64,000 nt of DNA, taken from the NCBI GenBank assembly GCA_002293825.1, contig DBDW01000009.1, forward strand, positions 26,170-90,169, in the 5' to 3' direction. The position numbers and the translations under genes are program-made. The DNA is from Candidatus Magasanikbacteria bacterium UBA922 (GTDB lineage: Bacteria > Patescibacteriota > Patescibacteriia > Magasanikbacterales > UBA922). The notes under the pieces were generated by a model. It saw nothing but the letters and a program-made list of their open reading frames with translations. It did not search any database and was not told the origin of the DNA. Below, piece by piece: positions 13,677 to 23,858 of this stretch. Numbering within the stretch: the first letter of the stretch is position 1; the number at the start of each line of letters is the position of its first letter.

Positions 13677-13955
13677 TTATTGATGTGGATAAAAACGTAC
13701 GGTCGTAGCACCCCCATGCGAATCAAGAAAAAATGCCTCAATCAACGGATTTTCTGCTAATTCTACGTGGACAATCTCTCTCAATTTTCCACTTCCGACC
13801 CCATGTATAATTCGACAGAATGAAAACTTATTCACATGCATTGTGTACAATTCATGCTGCATCGTTTCAATAGCATCGTCAGGTCTCAAATTATGCAAAT
13901 CAATAACCGGAATATTGGTTAGGTTTTCAAGTAATGATGTATCAATGCGGGACAT
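13677..13955 (-). CDS. Smr-domain protein
   Basis: RIIHGVGSGKLREIVH matches the Smr (small MutS-related) motif. 92 aa. Confidence 0.5.
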   Translation of the reverse strand: MSRIDTSLLENLTNIPVIDLHNLRPDDAIETMQHELYTMHVNKFSFCRIIHGVGSGKLREIVHVELAENPLIEAFFLDSHGGATTVRFYPHQ

Positions 13956-14212
13956 GTTAAAAAACCAAAAGGTAAAAAATAAAAAGCAAAAAGATAATTC
14001 GGGTCTTTATTTTTTATTCTTCAATCTTTTGCCTTTTTATATTAATTCAATGTCTGCTGAAAACCATTATAACATGATTTGCATGAGACATCCGGTTCCC
14101 GCGCACTGCAACAATGCTTTGCACGGGTCCCGTTTGACTCCTTGATAAACTACTCGAAGTAGCGTGAGTGCCGACTCGTGTGTTTATCCCTGAAAAGAAC
14201 TAGCGACCAACA

Positions 14213-15003
14213 TCAGGGTTGATAGAAATGTCGAGGTTCCCACCCCGAGATCACATTCTTCTGGCGAGGATTGAAAATCCCACCAAAGATGTTCTCATCC
14301 TTTCGAACCACATCATTCACGCCCTTGACCTCGATAAGCTGGGTATCCAAGCGCAGGAGGCTCGTCGTGGTTCTCGTACAGTTACGCACGACCTTGATGT
14401 CGAAGCCCTGGTCCTTCTTTGACTCGAGCGCAATCACCTCTTCGTCACTGAGGACGACAGAAATTTTTGCACTCTTCTCGCTGATGCGTTCGACGGCAGC
14501 GTCCCAACACCACTCCGAATTGTCCGTATTACAAAGGCGAATGTCACGCAGTCGATACGTGCGAGTCATATCACCATCAAAGAGACGGCGCTCAGCATCT
14601 TCGTTACCCATAATCTTAGGAATCTCGAACAGGAAATTGAATCCCGTCAAGGTGAGAGTGCCCGAACCACAGTTGGTAATGCGAACTCGGTACACAAGCC
14701 CTTCTTCTCCGCAGGTAAGCGGACCTCGATGTTGTATCTCTGGCACAGCCACAAAGTCCTTGGTGAGGCAAGCCTCATCCTTGGAACCAGTGACCGTCTC
14801 GAGAGCCATCTCAGACACATTGATCTCGCCAAAGATATATTCCTTCGACTTGACCCCTCCCTCCTCAGGAAGGGACGGGAACGACTCGATCGTCGAAATG
14901 AACGACCGATGAGAATGCTCGGGAGGCGATGGATCTTCACACCCTGAGTACTGAACACCCGTGAGGATGAAGACGAGACAGCAGATAATCTGTGACGGAA
15001 ACA
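14213..15003 (-). CDS. Hypothetical secreted protein in a GC-rich island
   Basis: ORF 14213..15055. The start is probably MFPSQIICCLVFILTGV, a signal peptide, preceded by AGGAG 9 nt upstream. GC and codon usage (ctg/gag/gtg/cgc) differ from the flanking genes. No known domain. Confidence 0.45.
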
Positions 15004-15156
15004 TGTGTAGTGACTCCTGATGACAGGTTGTCGAAGAATCCAAAATACACGACATGTGTATCCTGAAAACCGCAATAGTATACTAAAAAAACACCTTTTT
15101 GTCAAGGTGAGGAATAGATAAAACAAACACAAAAAATGATTATGTGATACAAAAAA

Positions 15157-15411
15157 TCAACGTGATCGATGAGGACATCCTGCCCAACAACATGGACGAC
15201 GCATACCACCAAGAAGTTTCGAACGCCCAACTTCTATTCGTCGAGCTCTAGTCTCTGGTTTCTTTGCATCCTCGATCCAACAGATCCATTCATTGCGCGC
15301 CACAGGAGTAATATCTTCCCACAAAGCTAAAATATGCGAAGAAGAAAGCAGCATACGACGCAGGTCGGGAGGAACGGTATGTACTACACCATGAGAGACC
15401 TTTTTATTCAT
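15157..15411 (-). CDS. YdeI/OmpD-associated (OmdA, bacteriocin-protection-like) domain protein
   Basis: LALWEDITPVARNEWICWIEDAKKPETRARRIE matches the OmdA/DUF1801 C-terminal motif as I recall it. An AAGGA RBS lies upstream. GC-rich. Confidence 0.45.
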   Translation of the reverse strand: MNKKVSHGVVHTVPPDLRRMLLSSSHILALWEDITPVARNEWICWIEDAKKPETRARRIEVGRSKLLGGMRRPCCWAGCPHRSR

Positions 15412-16024
15412 ACGCAGGATCCTTTCGGGCCATGTGATGTTCGATCACATGCATAGCCATGTCTGCGACTAATTTCAAGATCAAAAACAAGGACAATACC
15501 CCACCAAAAAATCCAAAGATAAGCGTAAGGTGCATCGGAATAATGCGCGCATAGGGACGAGCCATCACCGAACCGATTTTTTGTATATGAGTTTCACGAT
15601 GACGATAAAAAAGATATGAGAAAAAATGTGTAATGAAAAAAAGACCTGCACTAAGCATGATATAACGAAGTTCAGCAATACCCGGCTTTTCTCCAAACGT
15701 ATCCGTCATAATAAACGCCAAATAAATCAGATGAAAAACTCCGTAATGGAACAAAAAGAAAAAAGCAGAAAAATACCGAGTGGTCGAAGTAGGTGCAGCA
15801 GGACGCCCATTGAACCCAAATCCTTCAGTAGAAAATTCTTTGAGTTGAAGTATTCGGATAAAATTGAAAAACCCAATAATAATGCTTTGAAACCAATAAA
15901 CCAACAATACAGTGACAGGATTCCAATCTTCAGTGAATGCGAAATAGATTGTGACAATATTTGAGATGAGAAGTAACCAAAAAGAAGGGTCGACTAGTTG
16001 ACTTTTCGTAAAATATATACGCAT
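15404..16024 (-). CDS. Hypothetical polytopic membrane protein
   Basis: Six or more hydrophobic segments. It overlaps the downstream OmdA-like ORF by 8 nt. Confidence 0.4.
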   Translation of the reverse strand: MRIYFTKSQLVDPSFWLLLISNIVTIYFAFTEDWNPVTVLLVYWFQSIIIGFFNFIRILQLKEFSTEGFGFNGRPAAPTSTTRYFSAFFFLFHYGVFHLIYLAFIMTDTFGEKPGIAELRYIMLSAGLFFITHFFSYLFYRHRETHIQKIGSVMARPYARIIPMHLTLIFGFFGGVLSLFLILKLVADMAMHVIEHHMARKDPAYE

Positions 16025-16052
16025 ACGTCACAAAAATTACACGAGATTTTAT

Positions 16053-16137
16053 TGGTGCCGCAGGAGAGACTCGAACTCTCACACCTTTCGGTACGTGCTC
16101 CTAAGGCACGCGTGTATACCAATTTCACCACTGCGGC
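16053..16137 (-). tRNA. tRNA-Leu (anticodon UAG), type II with long variable arm, CCA encoded
   Basis: Hand-folded cloverleaf: acceptor gccgcag/ctgcggc, anticodon stem cgtgc/gcacg with loop cttagga, T-loop ttcgagt, 3' ACCA. Confidence 0.8.
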
Positions 16138-16332
16138 ATTATGCTATTTTCTCACATTACTTATATGAAAACAAGAAAAAGGGTGGAGTGAGTCAATCTG
16201 CTTTGTGTATTGATAGTCGAACCCACTGACAACTACACCGCCACAGAAATAACCCACTCCGCATTCACCCTACAAAATAATAGATAAAAAATCAACCCCA
16301 TCATATGACAGGGTTGATTAACATCTGTTAGG

Positions 16333-18561
16333 TTACGGTCTTCGAGGGCCCCGAGCGTGTCCTCCACGGAATCCTCCGCGATCACCATTTCCTCTTCGAG
16401 GACCACGATCTTCACGAGGTGGCTGTTCCACGTATCCCTCAGGTTTCGGCAACAATGCCTTCATCGAGAGATTCACTCGTCCGAGATTATCAATTTCTTT
16501 TACAATCACTTTCACCGTGTCACCAAGCTTCAAGACTTCAGACGGCTTATTGGTACGTTCCCATGCGATTTCACTCACATGTACCAGGCCATCTTTTCCT
16601 GGAAGAATTTCCACAAACGCACCAAAATCTTCAAGTCGACTCACCGTTCCTTCATAAGTCTCACCTGCGGTAACCTCATGAGTAAGGTCTTCAATCATTT
16701 TTATAGCTTTATTCATTCCATCAGAATCACTTGAAGTTACCATTACTCGACCATCCTGTTCAATATCAATCTGCACTCCTGTCTCATCAATAATCTTGTT
16801 GATGACTTTTCCACCTGGACCAATCACTTCACGAATCTTATCAGGATTAATCGTAATTGTAGTGATGCGTGGTGCATGAGTCGAGAGTTCTGTGCGAGGA
16901 GTAGCAATTCGTGCACGCATCACGTCGAGAATTTGAATTCGCGCATCACGAGCTTGAGCAATAGTCTGGTCCACAATATCCCAAATCAAACCATTGGTTT
17001 TGGTATCCATCTGAATTGCAGTAATTCCATCCACCGTTCCTGCAATCTTGAAATCCATTCCACCTGGACCATCCTCGACATCTTGTAAATCAGTAAGTAC
17101 TTTCCATTCACCTCGCTCATTTGAAGCTAACCCCATTGCAATTCCTGCAACTGCCTTTGTGATTGGCACTCCAGCTGCCATAAGAGAAAGCGTTGAACCA
17201 CACGCAGAAGCCATTGAACTAGAACCATTTGATCCCATAACTTCAGAAACCACACGAATGGTATATGGAAAATCAGCCTGTGCCGGTAATACTGGCTCAA
17301 GCGCACGCTCCGCAAGAGCTCCGTGTCCAATAGCTCGGCGTCCAGGGCCACGAATCGGAGAAACCTCACCGTATGTATATGGCGCATCATTGTAGTGATG
17401 CATATATCGTTTCGTACCATCTTCTTCCATACTGTCGAGTGTCTGCACATCCCCAGGGGCTCCGAGCGTAACCACTGAAAGTACCTGTGTATCACCACGC
17501 ATAAACATAGCGGAACCGTGTACACGAGGAAGAAGATCGATATCAGTCTGAAGCTCTCGAATTTCAGTCATAGTCCGACCATCCAATCGCTTGCCTTTTT
17601 CGAGAATGCATTTCGTTACCTCTTCTGCAACATATGATTTTACCTGACTAAGCGCCTTTTTAATTACATCTTCTTCAAAACCACGTGAGAGTAAATGCTC
17701 TTTACCACCTGTTTTGAGCATATCCATAGCACCATATCGATCGGCTCGAGTAATTTTTGGAGTATTAAACACCACCTCGTGTACATGTGATGCGACATAG
17801 TCACGAAATGCCATTTTTGCTTTATCAGCATCACTTAATTCAGCCGAAGTTTTTGAAGCATCTTTTTCTAATCCAACTTCTTTTTGAATTTGTGCAATAA
17901 GATCAATCACAGGCTTGAGTTCACGACAGCCCCATTTCATAGCTTCAAGCATCGTTGCTTCAGGCACCTCATGTGCCGCAGCCTCGACCATAACCAATTT
18001 TTCAGGAGTGCCTGCTACTACCAAATCAAGTTTTGAACACACCTCCATCTGACTTGATGTAATATTCAAAATAAATTCCCCATTTTGATCAAGACCAATA
18101 CGTGCCCCTGCAATCGGACCATTCCATGGCACTGATGAAATCGACAATACCGCACTTGCAGCCACCAATCCCACAATAGACGCATCGTGCTCACCATCAA
18201 CAGCAAGTGTAGTAATCACTACCTGTACATCCGTGCGAGTCGCATCATTAAATAATGGTCGAATTGCTCGATCGATCAAACGCGCCGAAAGAATGGCGTC
18301 TTCGCTCGGTCTGCCTTCACGCTTGATAAAGCGTGACCCTTTAATTTTCCCTGCTGCATACAATTTTTCTTCGAAATCTACCATGAGTGGAAAATAATCA
18401 ATTCCATCACGTGGCTCAGTACTCTTCATCACACTTGCAAGCACCACTGTATCGCCGTATCGCACGGTACATGACGCAAGCGCCTGAAGCGCTAATCGTC
18501 CAGTCTCAACAGTAAGTGTTCTCCCACCCCATTCAATTGACCATTGTTTTGGTTGTAACAT
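16333..18561 (-). CDS. pnp: Polynucleotide phosphorylase with an Arg/Gly-rich C-terminal tail
   Basis: 742 aa with two RNase PH domains, KH and S1 domains (GRVMVTS.., S1 VKVIVKEID), and a C-terminal RGG-like tail GPRRGNGDRGGFRGG. Confidence 0.9.
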   Translation of the reverse strand: MLQPKQWSIEWGGRTLTVETGRLALQALASCTVRYGDTVVLASVMKSTEPRDGIDYFPLMVDFEEKLYAAGKIKGSRFIKREGRPSEDAILSARLIDRAIRPLFNDATRTDVQVVITTLAVDGEHDASIVGLVAASAVLSISSVPWNGPIAGARIGLDQNGEFILNITSSQMEVCSKLDLVVAGTPEKLVMVEAAAHEVPEATMLEAMKWGCRELKPVIDLIAQIQKEVGLEKDASKTSAELSDADKAKMAFRDYVASHVHEVVFNTPKITRADRYGAMDMLKTGGKEHLLSRGFEEDVIKKALSQVKSYVAEEVTKCILEKGKRLDGRTMTEIRELQTDIDLLPRVHGSAMFMRGDTQVLSVVTLGAPGDVQTLDSMEEDGTKRYMHHYNDAPYTYGEVSPIRGPGRRAIGHGALAERALEPVLPAQADFPYTIRVVSEVMGSNGSSSMASACGSTLSLMAAGVPITKAVAGIAMGLASNERGEWKVLTDLQDVEDGPGGMDFKIAGTVDGITAIQMDTKTNGLIWDIVDQTIAQARDARIQILDVMRARIATPRTELSTHAPRITTITINPDKIREVIGPGGKVINKIIDETGVQIDIEQDGRVMVTSSDSDGMNKAIKMIEDLTHEVTAGETYEGTVSRLEDFGAFVEILPGKDGLVHVSEIAWERTNKPSEVLKLGDTVKVIVKEIDNLGRVNLSMKALLPKPEGYVEQPPREDRGPRRGNGDRGGFRGGHARGPRRP

Positions 18562-18738
18562 AGTCGCTATATATACTTAGCGAACGTATGATCATAGAGC
18601 GATAGATCGGGTAAGTCTGATAGACTATACTGACCTAGATGTCCTATGACCATGCATTCATTGATAAAAATACACAACACACGGCACTCGATATTCTGCA
18701 AAAAATATCATGTCCCACATGTCGTCTATCGACGCATC

Positions 18739-19308
18739 TTACCTGCGTTTTTTTCGATAATCCGCAATCAAAAACAAATCTTTACGCTCACTCAAATCCA
18801 TAAAATCATCAACCTCATCACGCAAAAGCGAAGATGTAGTTTCGCCAAATGCCGCAACTTCGACCTGTTTACCCATACTGCGCAAATATTCAACCAATGG
18901 TAAATAGTCCCCATCTCCAGACACAATCACAATTGCATCCAAACTTTGAGACAAACGAATAGCATCAACCGCAAGCCCCACATCCCAATCAGCTTTCTTC
19001 ATACCACTATTAAAAATCTGCAAATCTTTCTCACGAGTTTCAATACCCAAATTGTACAGTGCTTCAAAAAACGGCTGCTCATCCTGAGTTTCAGTCCGTA
19101 CTACATACGCAATCGCACGAATAAGCTTTCGATTCCCTACGGCCTCTTTTACAATTGCACCAAAATTGACCTTGCGTTGAAACAAATTCTTTGCAGAATA
19201 ATACATATTCTGCACATCAATAAACACCCCAATACGTTGATCGGGGTGTTTCAGAGGATTATAGTTAGGTTGTTTCTTCTGATTCTTCATGTGAGTCGGT
19301 TTCTTCAT
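18739..19308 (-). CDS. NYN-domain (LabA-like PIN) protein
   Basis: ORF 18739..19362. RIGVFIDVQNMYYS ... IVIVSGDGDYLPLVEYLR matches the NYN/LabA acidic motifs. The start is uncertain (an internal Met was chosen) and it overlaps the rpsO 3' end. Confidence 0.55.
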   Translation of the reverse strand: MKKPTHMKNQKKQPNYNPLKHPDQRIGVFIDVQNMYYSAKNLFQRKVNFGAIVKEAVGNRKLIRAIAYVVRTETQDEQPFFEALYNLGIETREKDLQIFNSGMKKADWDVGLAVDAIRLSQSLDAIVIVSGDGDYLPLVEYLRSMGKQVEVAAFGETTSSLLRDEVDDFMDLSERKDLFLIADYRKKRR

Positions 19309-19621
19309 CTTCGTCTTCAAGCTTATCAGCTTCAATAAACTGTTTTGCTTGTTTGAGATCAAGTTTCTTCACCAAGTCTTCATATGAAGCAGCGTTTTCA
19401 CGTTGCAAATATTTGAGTAATCGTCGACGTTCTCCTACTTTACGGAGAAGACCTCGGCGACTTGAGTGATCTTTTGGATGACTCTTCAGATGAGATGCAA
19501 GTTCTTCGATTTCCGCAGTCAGAATTGCAATCTGTACTTCGGTAGAACCAGTATCTCCCTCATGGGTCTGAAACTTCTTAATTAAACGTTGTTTTTTCTG
19601 CTTACTCAGCATAGCATGCAT
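19265..19621 (-). CDS. rpsO: 30S ribosomal protein S15 with an acidic C-terminal extension
   Basis: LSKQKKQRLIKKFQTHEGDTGSTEVQIAILT...RRGLLRKVGERRRLLKYL matches the S15 core. It carries an extra roughly 30-aa DE-rich tail. Sits upstream of pnp as in the classic rpsO-pnp arrangement. Confidence 0.8.
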   Translation of the reverse strand: MHAMLSKQKKQRLIKKFQTHEGDTGSTEVQIAILTAEIEELASHLKSHPKDHSSRRGLLRKVGERRRLLKYLQRENAASYEDLVKKLDLKQAKQFIEADKLEDEDEETDSHEESEETT

Positions 19622-19761
19622 TCATTATCGGGCCAGGCAAAAGGCATGTCTTGTGCGGTCCGTTCCGAAGCATTGTATTCACGCTCGGATAAATAATATA
19701 TAGAGAGTGTACCACAAAAAGGCCATATAGTCAAGACGAGGTTTGATATAAAAAACGAACA

Positions 19762-19795
19762 CCGGATACCTGCCCACAGCACAGTATCCGGTAAA
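19762..19795 (-). terminator. Rho-independent terminator downstream of the GC-rich membrane-protein gene
   Basis: ccggatac...gtatccgg hairpin followed by a T-run on the minus strand. Confidence 0.45.
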
Positions 19796-19803
19796 AGCAC
19801 TGA

Positions 19804-20547
19804 TCAGATGCCTGCAGTAGCCACAGCGTAAAACGCCACCGACCCTACACATGGCACCAAAAAATTATCATCGACGATCTTCGAGAAAAGATCACCGCCT
19901 TTCTCACACATCGACTCGAAAAACGCCGTACATGCTGCGGTTATAAGCACCGCAATCACGAGACGCACCGTCGAGAAATATGTAGGATACAACGGAAAAG
20001 CATCCTGCAGAGCCACACTCAGAAGCCCTGAAAAAGATGCCGCATAGAAGTATCCAGCCAACCCTGCCCACGTCTTCGTTCCCTGTTTCCAGACTCGACG
20101 GACACCGAATTTGATTCCAGACAGACGCGCAGCCGGATCACCAAATCCGAACATCACGACCGCAGGTACCACCGCCCAGATCGGAATTCCAATCATGAGC
20201 GGAATCATAACACCGAGTGTGAAATGCGCAGCCGTTGCAGGCATACCACGTTCGTGCATCCTGAGAATCTTGGTACGGAGCAGTAGCCGATCTTCGAGTA
20301 GTAGAAATAGTTTCTTCAACTTCGAAGATCGAGGTTCCCATTCACGTCGATGTACGAGCCAGTAATACAGTGGCAGTCGAACACCGAGATCGAGAGTAGA
20401 CAGCGTGACACCGACCACGAGTGCGACATGCACTTTTTCCGACTCACTGAACGGGAGCATCTGCCCGCAGATCAGCGCGAGAAGACCGATCGAAGCGTGT
20501 ACGACAGCACGTCCCCACTCAACTCCAATGTTGTAAACAGCTTCCAC
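19804..20547 (-). CDS. Polytopic membrane protein in a GC-rich island, possibly of the CTP-dependent dolichol-kinase / cytidylyltransferase-like family
   Basis: GTG start with GGAGGG RBS. About 52% GC against roughly 40% in the flanks. The C-terminal GFGDPAARLSGIKFG resembles the DGK/SEC59/CdsA-type motif. Only the island status is well supported. Confidence 0.35.
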   Translation of the reverse strand: MEAVYNIGVEWGRAVVHASIGLLALICGQMLPFSESEKVHVALVVGVTLSTLDLGVRLPLYYWLVHRREWEPRSSKLKKLFLLLEDRLLLRTKILRMHERGMPATAAHFTLGVMIPLMIGIPIWAVVPAVVMFGFGDPAARLSGIKFGVRRVWKQGTKTWAGLAGYFYAASFSGLLSVALQDAFPLYPTYFSTVRLVIAVLITAACTAFFESMCEKGGDLFSKIVDDNFLVPCVGSVAFYAVATAGI

Positions 20548-20642
20548 GAGACCCTCCGATAGCAGAAGTTACACATTCTTGTAACATTTTTAACACAAAA
20601 AAGCAAGGTTTCCCTTGCTTTTAATGATACTAGAAAGTATTA

Positions 20643-21293
20643 CTACGCTCCAAGTTGCTCTTGTACTTCGGACACAAAATCCGTTTGCTTCTTTTCAATA
20701 CCCTCACCTACTTCAAATCGTACAAAACGTCGGAGACTTATTTTTTCACCAATTTCTCCAGTAGCAGCAGTAAGTAATTGTTCAATTGTTTTATCCTCAT
20801 CTTTGATGAATGCTTGTTCAAGTAAACACACTTCAGAATAATATCGTCCCATTTTACCCACCAAAATCTTTTCAATCATCTCAGCAGGCTTTCCTTCAGC
20901 TACCAACTGTTCTCGATACACCGCTGATTCACGATCCAGATCTTCTGAAGAAACTTCTTCACGAGAAAGATATTTCGGATTCATTGCAGCCACATGCATA
21001 GCAATATCCTGACCTAGTTGCAAAAATTTTTCATTCTTTGCCACAAAATCAGTTTCTGAATTAAGCTCAAGCATGACACCTACTTTTCCTGCTCCATGTA
21101 CATAGGTAAAAACTTTTCCTTCAGCAGCCACCTTGTCAGCACGCTTAGCAGCCTTAGCAGCACCTTTTTTTCGAAGCCAATCAATCGCAGCTTCCATGTT
21201 TCCATTTGATTCTTCGAGTGCTTTTTTGCAATCGAGCATTCCAGCACCCGTCTGTGCACGAAGTTTTGCAATATCACTAGCAGTAATAGCCAT
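20643..21293 (-). CDS. tsf: Elongation factor Ts
   Basis: N-terminal ITASDIAKLRAQTGAGMLDCKKAL is the UBA-like signature of EF-Ts. Located downstream of rpsB. Confidence 0.85.
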   Translation of the reverse strand: MAITASDIAKLRAQTGAGMLDCKKALEESNGNMEAAIDWLRKKGAAKAAKRADKVAAEGKVFTYVHGAGKVGVMLELNSETDFVAKNEKFLQLGQDIAMHVAAMNPKYLSREEVSSEDLDRESAVYREQLVAEGKPAEMIEKILVGKMGRYYSEVCLLEQAFIKDEDKTIEQLLTAATGEIGEKISLRRFVRFEVGEGIEKKQTDFVSEVQEQLGA

Positions 21294-21357
21294 AGAAAAA
21301 AGTAATTAAGAAGAATGAAACGGTAGTATACACCACCGAGATAACTCTAGAAAAGAG

Positions 21358-22119
21358 TTATGCTTGTACCGTGCTCTCAGGACTCTTTGATACCACTTTT
21401 GGCTGTGCTGCGATTTTTGCAGCATTCTTCTGCTCAAATTCTTGTACACCTTCTTTGATTGCAGCTGCAACCAATTCGACCATAAGCTGGATAGATTTTA
21501 CAGCATCATCATTTGCAGGAATTACATGCGTAGCTTTCATCGGATTTGCATTGGTGTCACAGATACCAATAATATCGATTCCTGTACTGTTTGCTTCGGT
21601 TACTGCTGTTTTTTCACGCTGCATCGAAGGAATAAACAATGCATCAGGCATACGAGTAAGACTCGTGAGACCACCGAGATACCCATCCTTCTTTTCAAGA
21701 TCTTTTGCAATTTCAAGCTGTTCTTTCTTGGTATAATGTCCCAACTCACCTTTCGCCTGCTTTTCTTTCATCTCTACATAATGACGAATAAGTTTTCTCA
21801 TTTCAGAGAAATTGGTAAGCATACCACCAAGCCATCGATCTGTAAGATATGGCATTCCACAATCAATTGCAGCAGCTTTAACGATTTCTCGAGCCTGTGG
21901 TTTGGTAGATACAAACAAAATCTTCTTTCCATCAGCAGCCATTGCCTTGACTACAGGCAACACACGCTCAAGCTGAGCCTTGGTTTCTTCAAGGTTCATA
22001 ATATGCACGCCATTGCGCTCAGTAAAGATGAATGGCTTCATCTTCGGATGCCAACGTGAGTTCTTGTGTCCGAAGTGAACTCCGGACTGAAGCATTTCAA
22101 GAATGCTAGGGATTTTCAT
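21358..22119 (-). CDS. rpsB: 30S ribosomal protein S2
   Basis: MLQSGVHFGHKNSRWHPKM matches the S2 N-terminal signature. rpsB-tsf operon. Confidence 0.9.
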   Translation of the reverse strand: MKIPSILEMLQSGVHFGHKNSRWHPKMKPFIFTERNGVHIMNLEETKAQLERVLPVVKAMAADGKKILFVSTKPQAREIVKAAAIDCGMPYLTDRWLGGMLTNFSEMRKLIRHYVEMKEKQAKGELGHYTKKEQLEIAKDLEKKDGYLGGLTSLTRMPDALFIPSMQREKTAVTEANSTGIDIIGICDTNANPMKATHVIPANDDAVKSIQLMVELVAAAIKEGVQEFEQKNAAKIAAQPKVVSKSPESTVQA

Positions 22120-22228
22120 AACATTTTCCTTTAACCTCGCTCGAAACGCCCGGTAGAAGGGTCTACCAGAGGAAAATATGTCTCGGCTGAGGGATTAATA
22201 AAAGTGTGGGGAGTGTAATGAAAAAAAC

Positions 22229-22293
22229 AATTTTTGTCAAGAAAGCGAATCAATTTACCAATCCTTGACAAATACGAACCTGCCTGCTATACT
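22229..22293. promoter_or_regulatory. Back-to-back sigma70-like promoters for rpsB (minus strand) and rpmE (plus strand)
   Basis: Plus strand: TTGACA(22265-22270)-17 nt-TATACT(22288-22293). Minus strand: TTGACA-17 nt-TACACT from the reverse complement of 22218-22246. The two -35 hexamers form an inverted pair TTGTCAAG...CTTGACAA. Confidence 0.5.
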
Positions 22294-22345
22294 CCCGCTC
22301 ACTAGTTTATCCTAAGCGTAGCAAAGGATCTCAACCTAAATCACT

Positions 22346-22684
22346 ATGAAACAGAAAACACATCCAGAAGTGCATCCAGTCGTCTTCATCGATAACTCAG
22401 CAAACGCGGAATTTATCACCACTTCAACCCTCAAATCGGAAAAAACCCGAGAAATTGACGGTGTAAAGCATTACGAAATCAATATCGAAATTTCTTCAGC
22501 ATCTCATCCATTCTTCACAGGTAAACAAGTGTTCGTAGACACTGCTCGACGTGTGGAAAAGTTCAATGAAAAGAAAGCAAAAACAGTAGCAGCAGCTGAA
22601 TCACGCAAAGGAAAAAAAGTAAAGCGAACAGCGCGAGCCACTGCACGACAAGCAAAAGAAGACGCAAAACCAAACGCGGCGTAG
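22346..22684 (+). CDS. rpmE: 50S ribosomal protein L31 (type B, no Cys zinc motif) with a Lys/Ala-rich C-terminal extension
   Basis: HPFFTGKQ is the L31 core motif. The CxxC pairs are absent. A basic tail is appended. Confidence 0.65.
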   Translation: MKQKTHPEVHPVVFIDNSANAEFITTSTLKSEKTREIDGVKHYEINIEISSASHPFFTGKQVFVDTARRVEKFNEKKAKTVAAAESRKGKKVKRTARATARQAKEDAKPNAA

Positions 22685-22698
22685 ATACATACATTTTA

Positions 22699-22730
22699 AA
22701 AACAGACCTTTTCTTCGGTCTGTTTTTGTT
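22699..22730 (+). terminator. Rho-independent terminator
   Basis: aaacagacc-ttttcttc-ggtctgttttt. Confidence 0.55.
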
Positions 22731-22799
22731 TAGCATATGACGGTATACTCTTTCTATAAACTACCGACTTTCTCGCTACTGGCTATGAACTAATCTGTT

Positions 22800-23858
22800 A
22801 TGCTCCAAAAATATCTTGACCTCAAAACCAAATTCCAATCACTTGAAGCAGATTTACAAAATCCAGCAGTGCTTGGCGATCAACAAAAATTAAAATCAAT
22901 ATCACAAGAATACAATGAACTAAAAGAAATAGTAGAAGAAATCAATAATCTTGAAAAAATAGAATCAGCAATTGCTGAATATCAGACCATGCTCACTACC
23001 GAGGAAGAAGCTGATATAGTAGAACTCGCACGAACCGAAATTCCTGAGCTCGAAGAAAAACAAAAAGCACTCGAAAAAAAACTTGCTGAGCTCACTCGCC
23101 CCACTGACCCCATGGACAAAAAAAGTGTAATTATTGAAATTCGTGCAGGAGCAGGTGGAGACGAAGCAGCACTATTTGCAGGAGACCTCCTTCGCATGTA
23201 TATGCGCTATGCAGAAAAAAAAGGTTGGAAAACCGGACTTGTGAGCGAACACCAAATCGGAATTGGCGGATTCAAAGAAGTAGTATTCTCAATCGAAGGG
23301 TACAATGTATACAAAGACATGAAATATGAAATGGGAGTACATCGTGTACAGAGAATTCCAGAAACAGAAAAAAGTGGACGCATCCACACATCGACCGCAA
23401 GCGTGGTCGTGCTTCCTGAAGTAGAAGAAACAGAAGTAACGATCGACCCCAAAGATCTTCGTATCGATACCTTCATGGCAGGTGGAAAAGGTGGACAAAG
23501 TGTGAATACCACCTACTCAGCCGTACGCATCGTGCACATTCCGAGTGGCCTCATTGTGCAATGCCAAGACGAACGATCGCAACAGCAAAACCGTATCAAA
23601 GCCATGAACGTACTCCGTGCTCGTATCTTCGAAATGGAGCAGGAAAAAAAGCGAGCCGTCCTTGATGCAAAACGCAAAAGCCAGATCGGGACCGGCGACC
23701 GTAGTGAAAAAATCCGCACCTACAATGTTCCACAGGATCGCATCACCGATCATCGCATTCACCAAAGCTGGAATACGATCGAAACAATTCTAAACGGAGA
23801 CTTGGGTCCCGTGATTGAAGCGATTCGAACTGAAGAATACAAACAACTTGATGCGTAA
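22800..23858 (+). CDS. prfA: Peptide chain release factor 1
   Basis: GGQ motif [12 protein letters not shown]. The RF1-type stop-recognition loop [14 protein letters not shown] reads PET where the canonical tripeptide is PAT/PVT. Confidence 0.85.
   Translation: MLQKYLDLKTKFQSLEADLQNPAVLGDQQKLKSISQEYNELKEIVEEINNLEKIESAIAEYQTMLTTEEEADIVELARTEIPELEEKQKALEKKLAELTRPTDPMDKKSVIIEIRAGAGGDEAALFAGDLLRMYMRYAEKKGWKTGLVSEHQIGIGGFKEVVFSIEGYNVYKDMKYEMGVHRVQRIPETEKSGRIHTSTASVVVLPEVEETEVTIDPKDLRIDTFMAGGKGGQSVNTTYSAVRIVHIPSGLIVQCQDERSQQQNRIKAMNVLRARIFEMEQEKKRAVLDAKRKSQIGTGDRSEKIRTYNVPQDRITDHRIHQSWNTIETILNGDLGPVIEAIRTEEYKQLDA

Noticed and set aside
14219-15132. Long ORFs on the opposite strand or in alternate frames of the GC-rich island (14271..14912 +, 14647..15132 -, 14729..14947 +)
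   Set aside because: These are typical shadow ORFs generated by elevated GC. The minus-strand ORF with a signal peptide and an AGGAG RBS is the better supported gene.
22800-23858. UGA-recoding (genetic code 25), considered because the genome looks CPR-like and RF1 is atypical
   Set aside because: Long genes such as pnp, nrdJ, gyrB and gatB are intact under the standard code in the supplied ORF track. Recognised genes end at TGA and TAG stops as well as TAA stops (for example, folA, tmk and ruvB end in TAG, and gatB ends in TAA).
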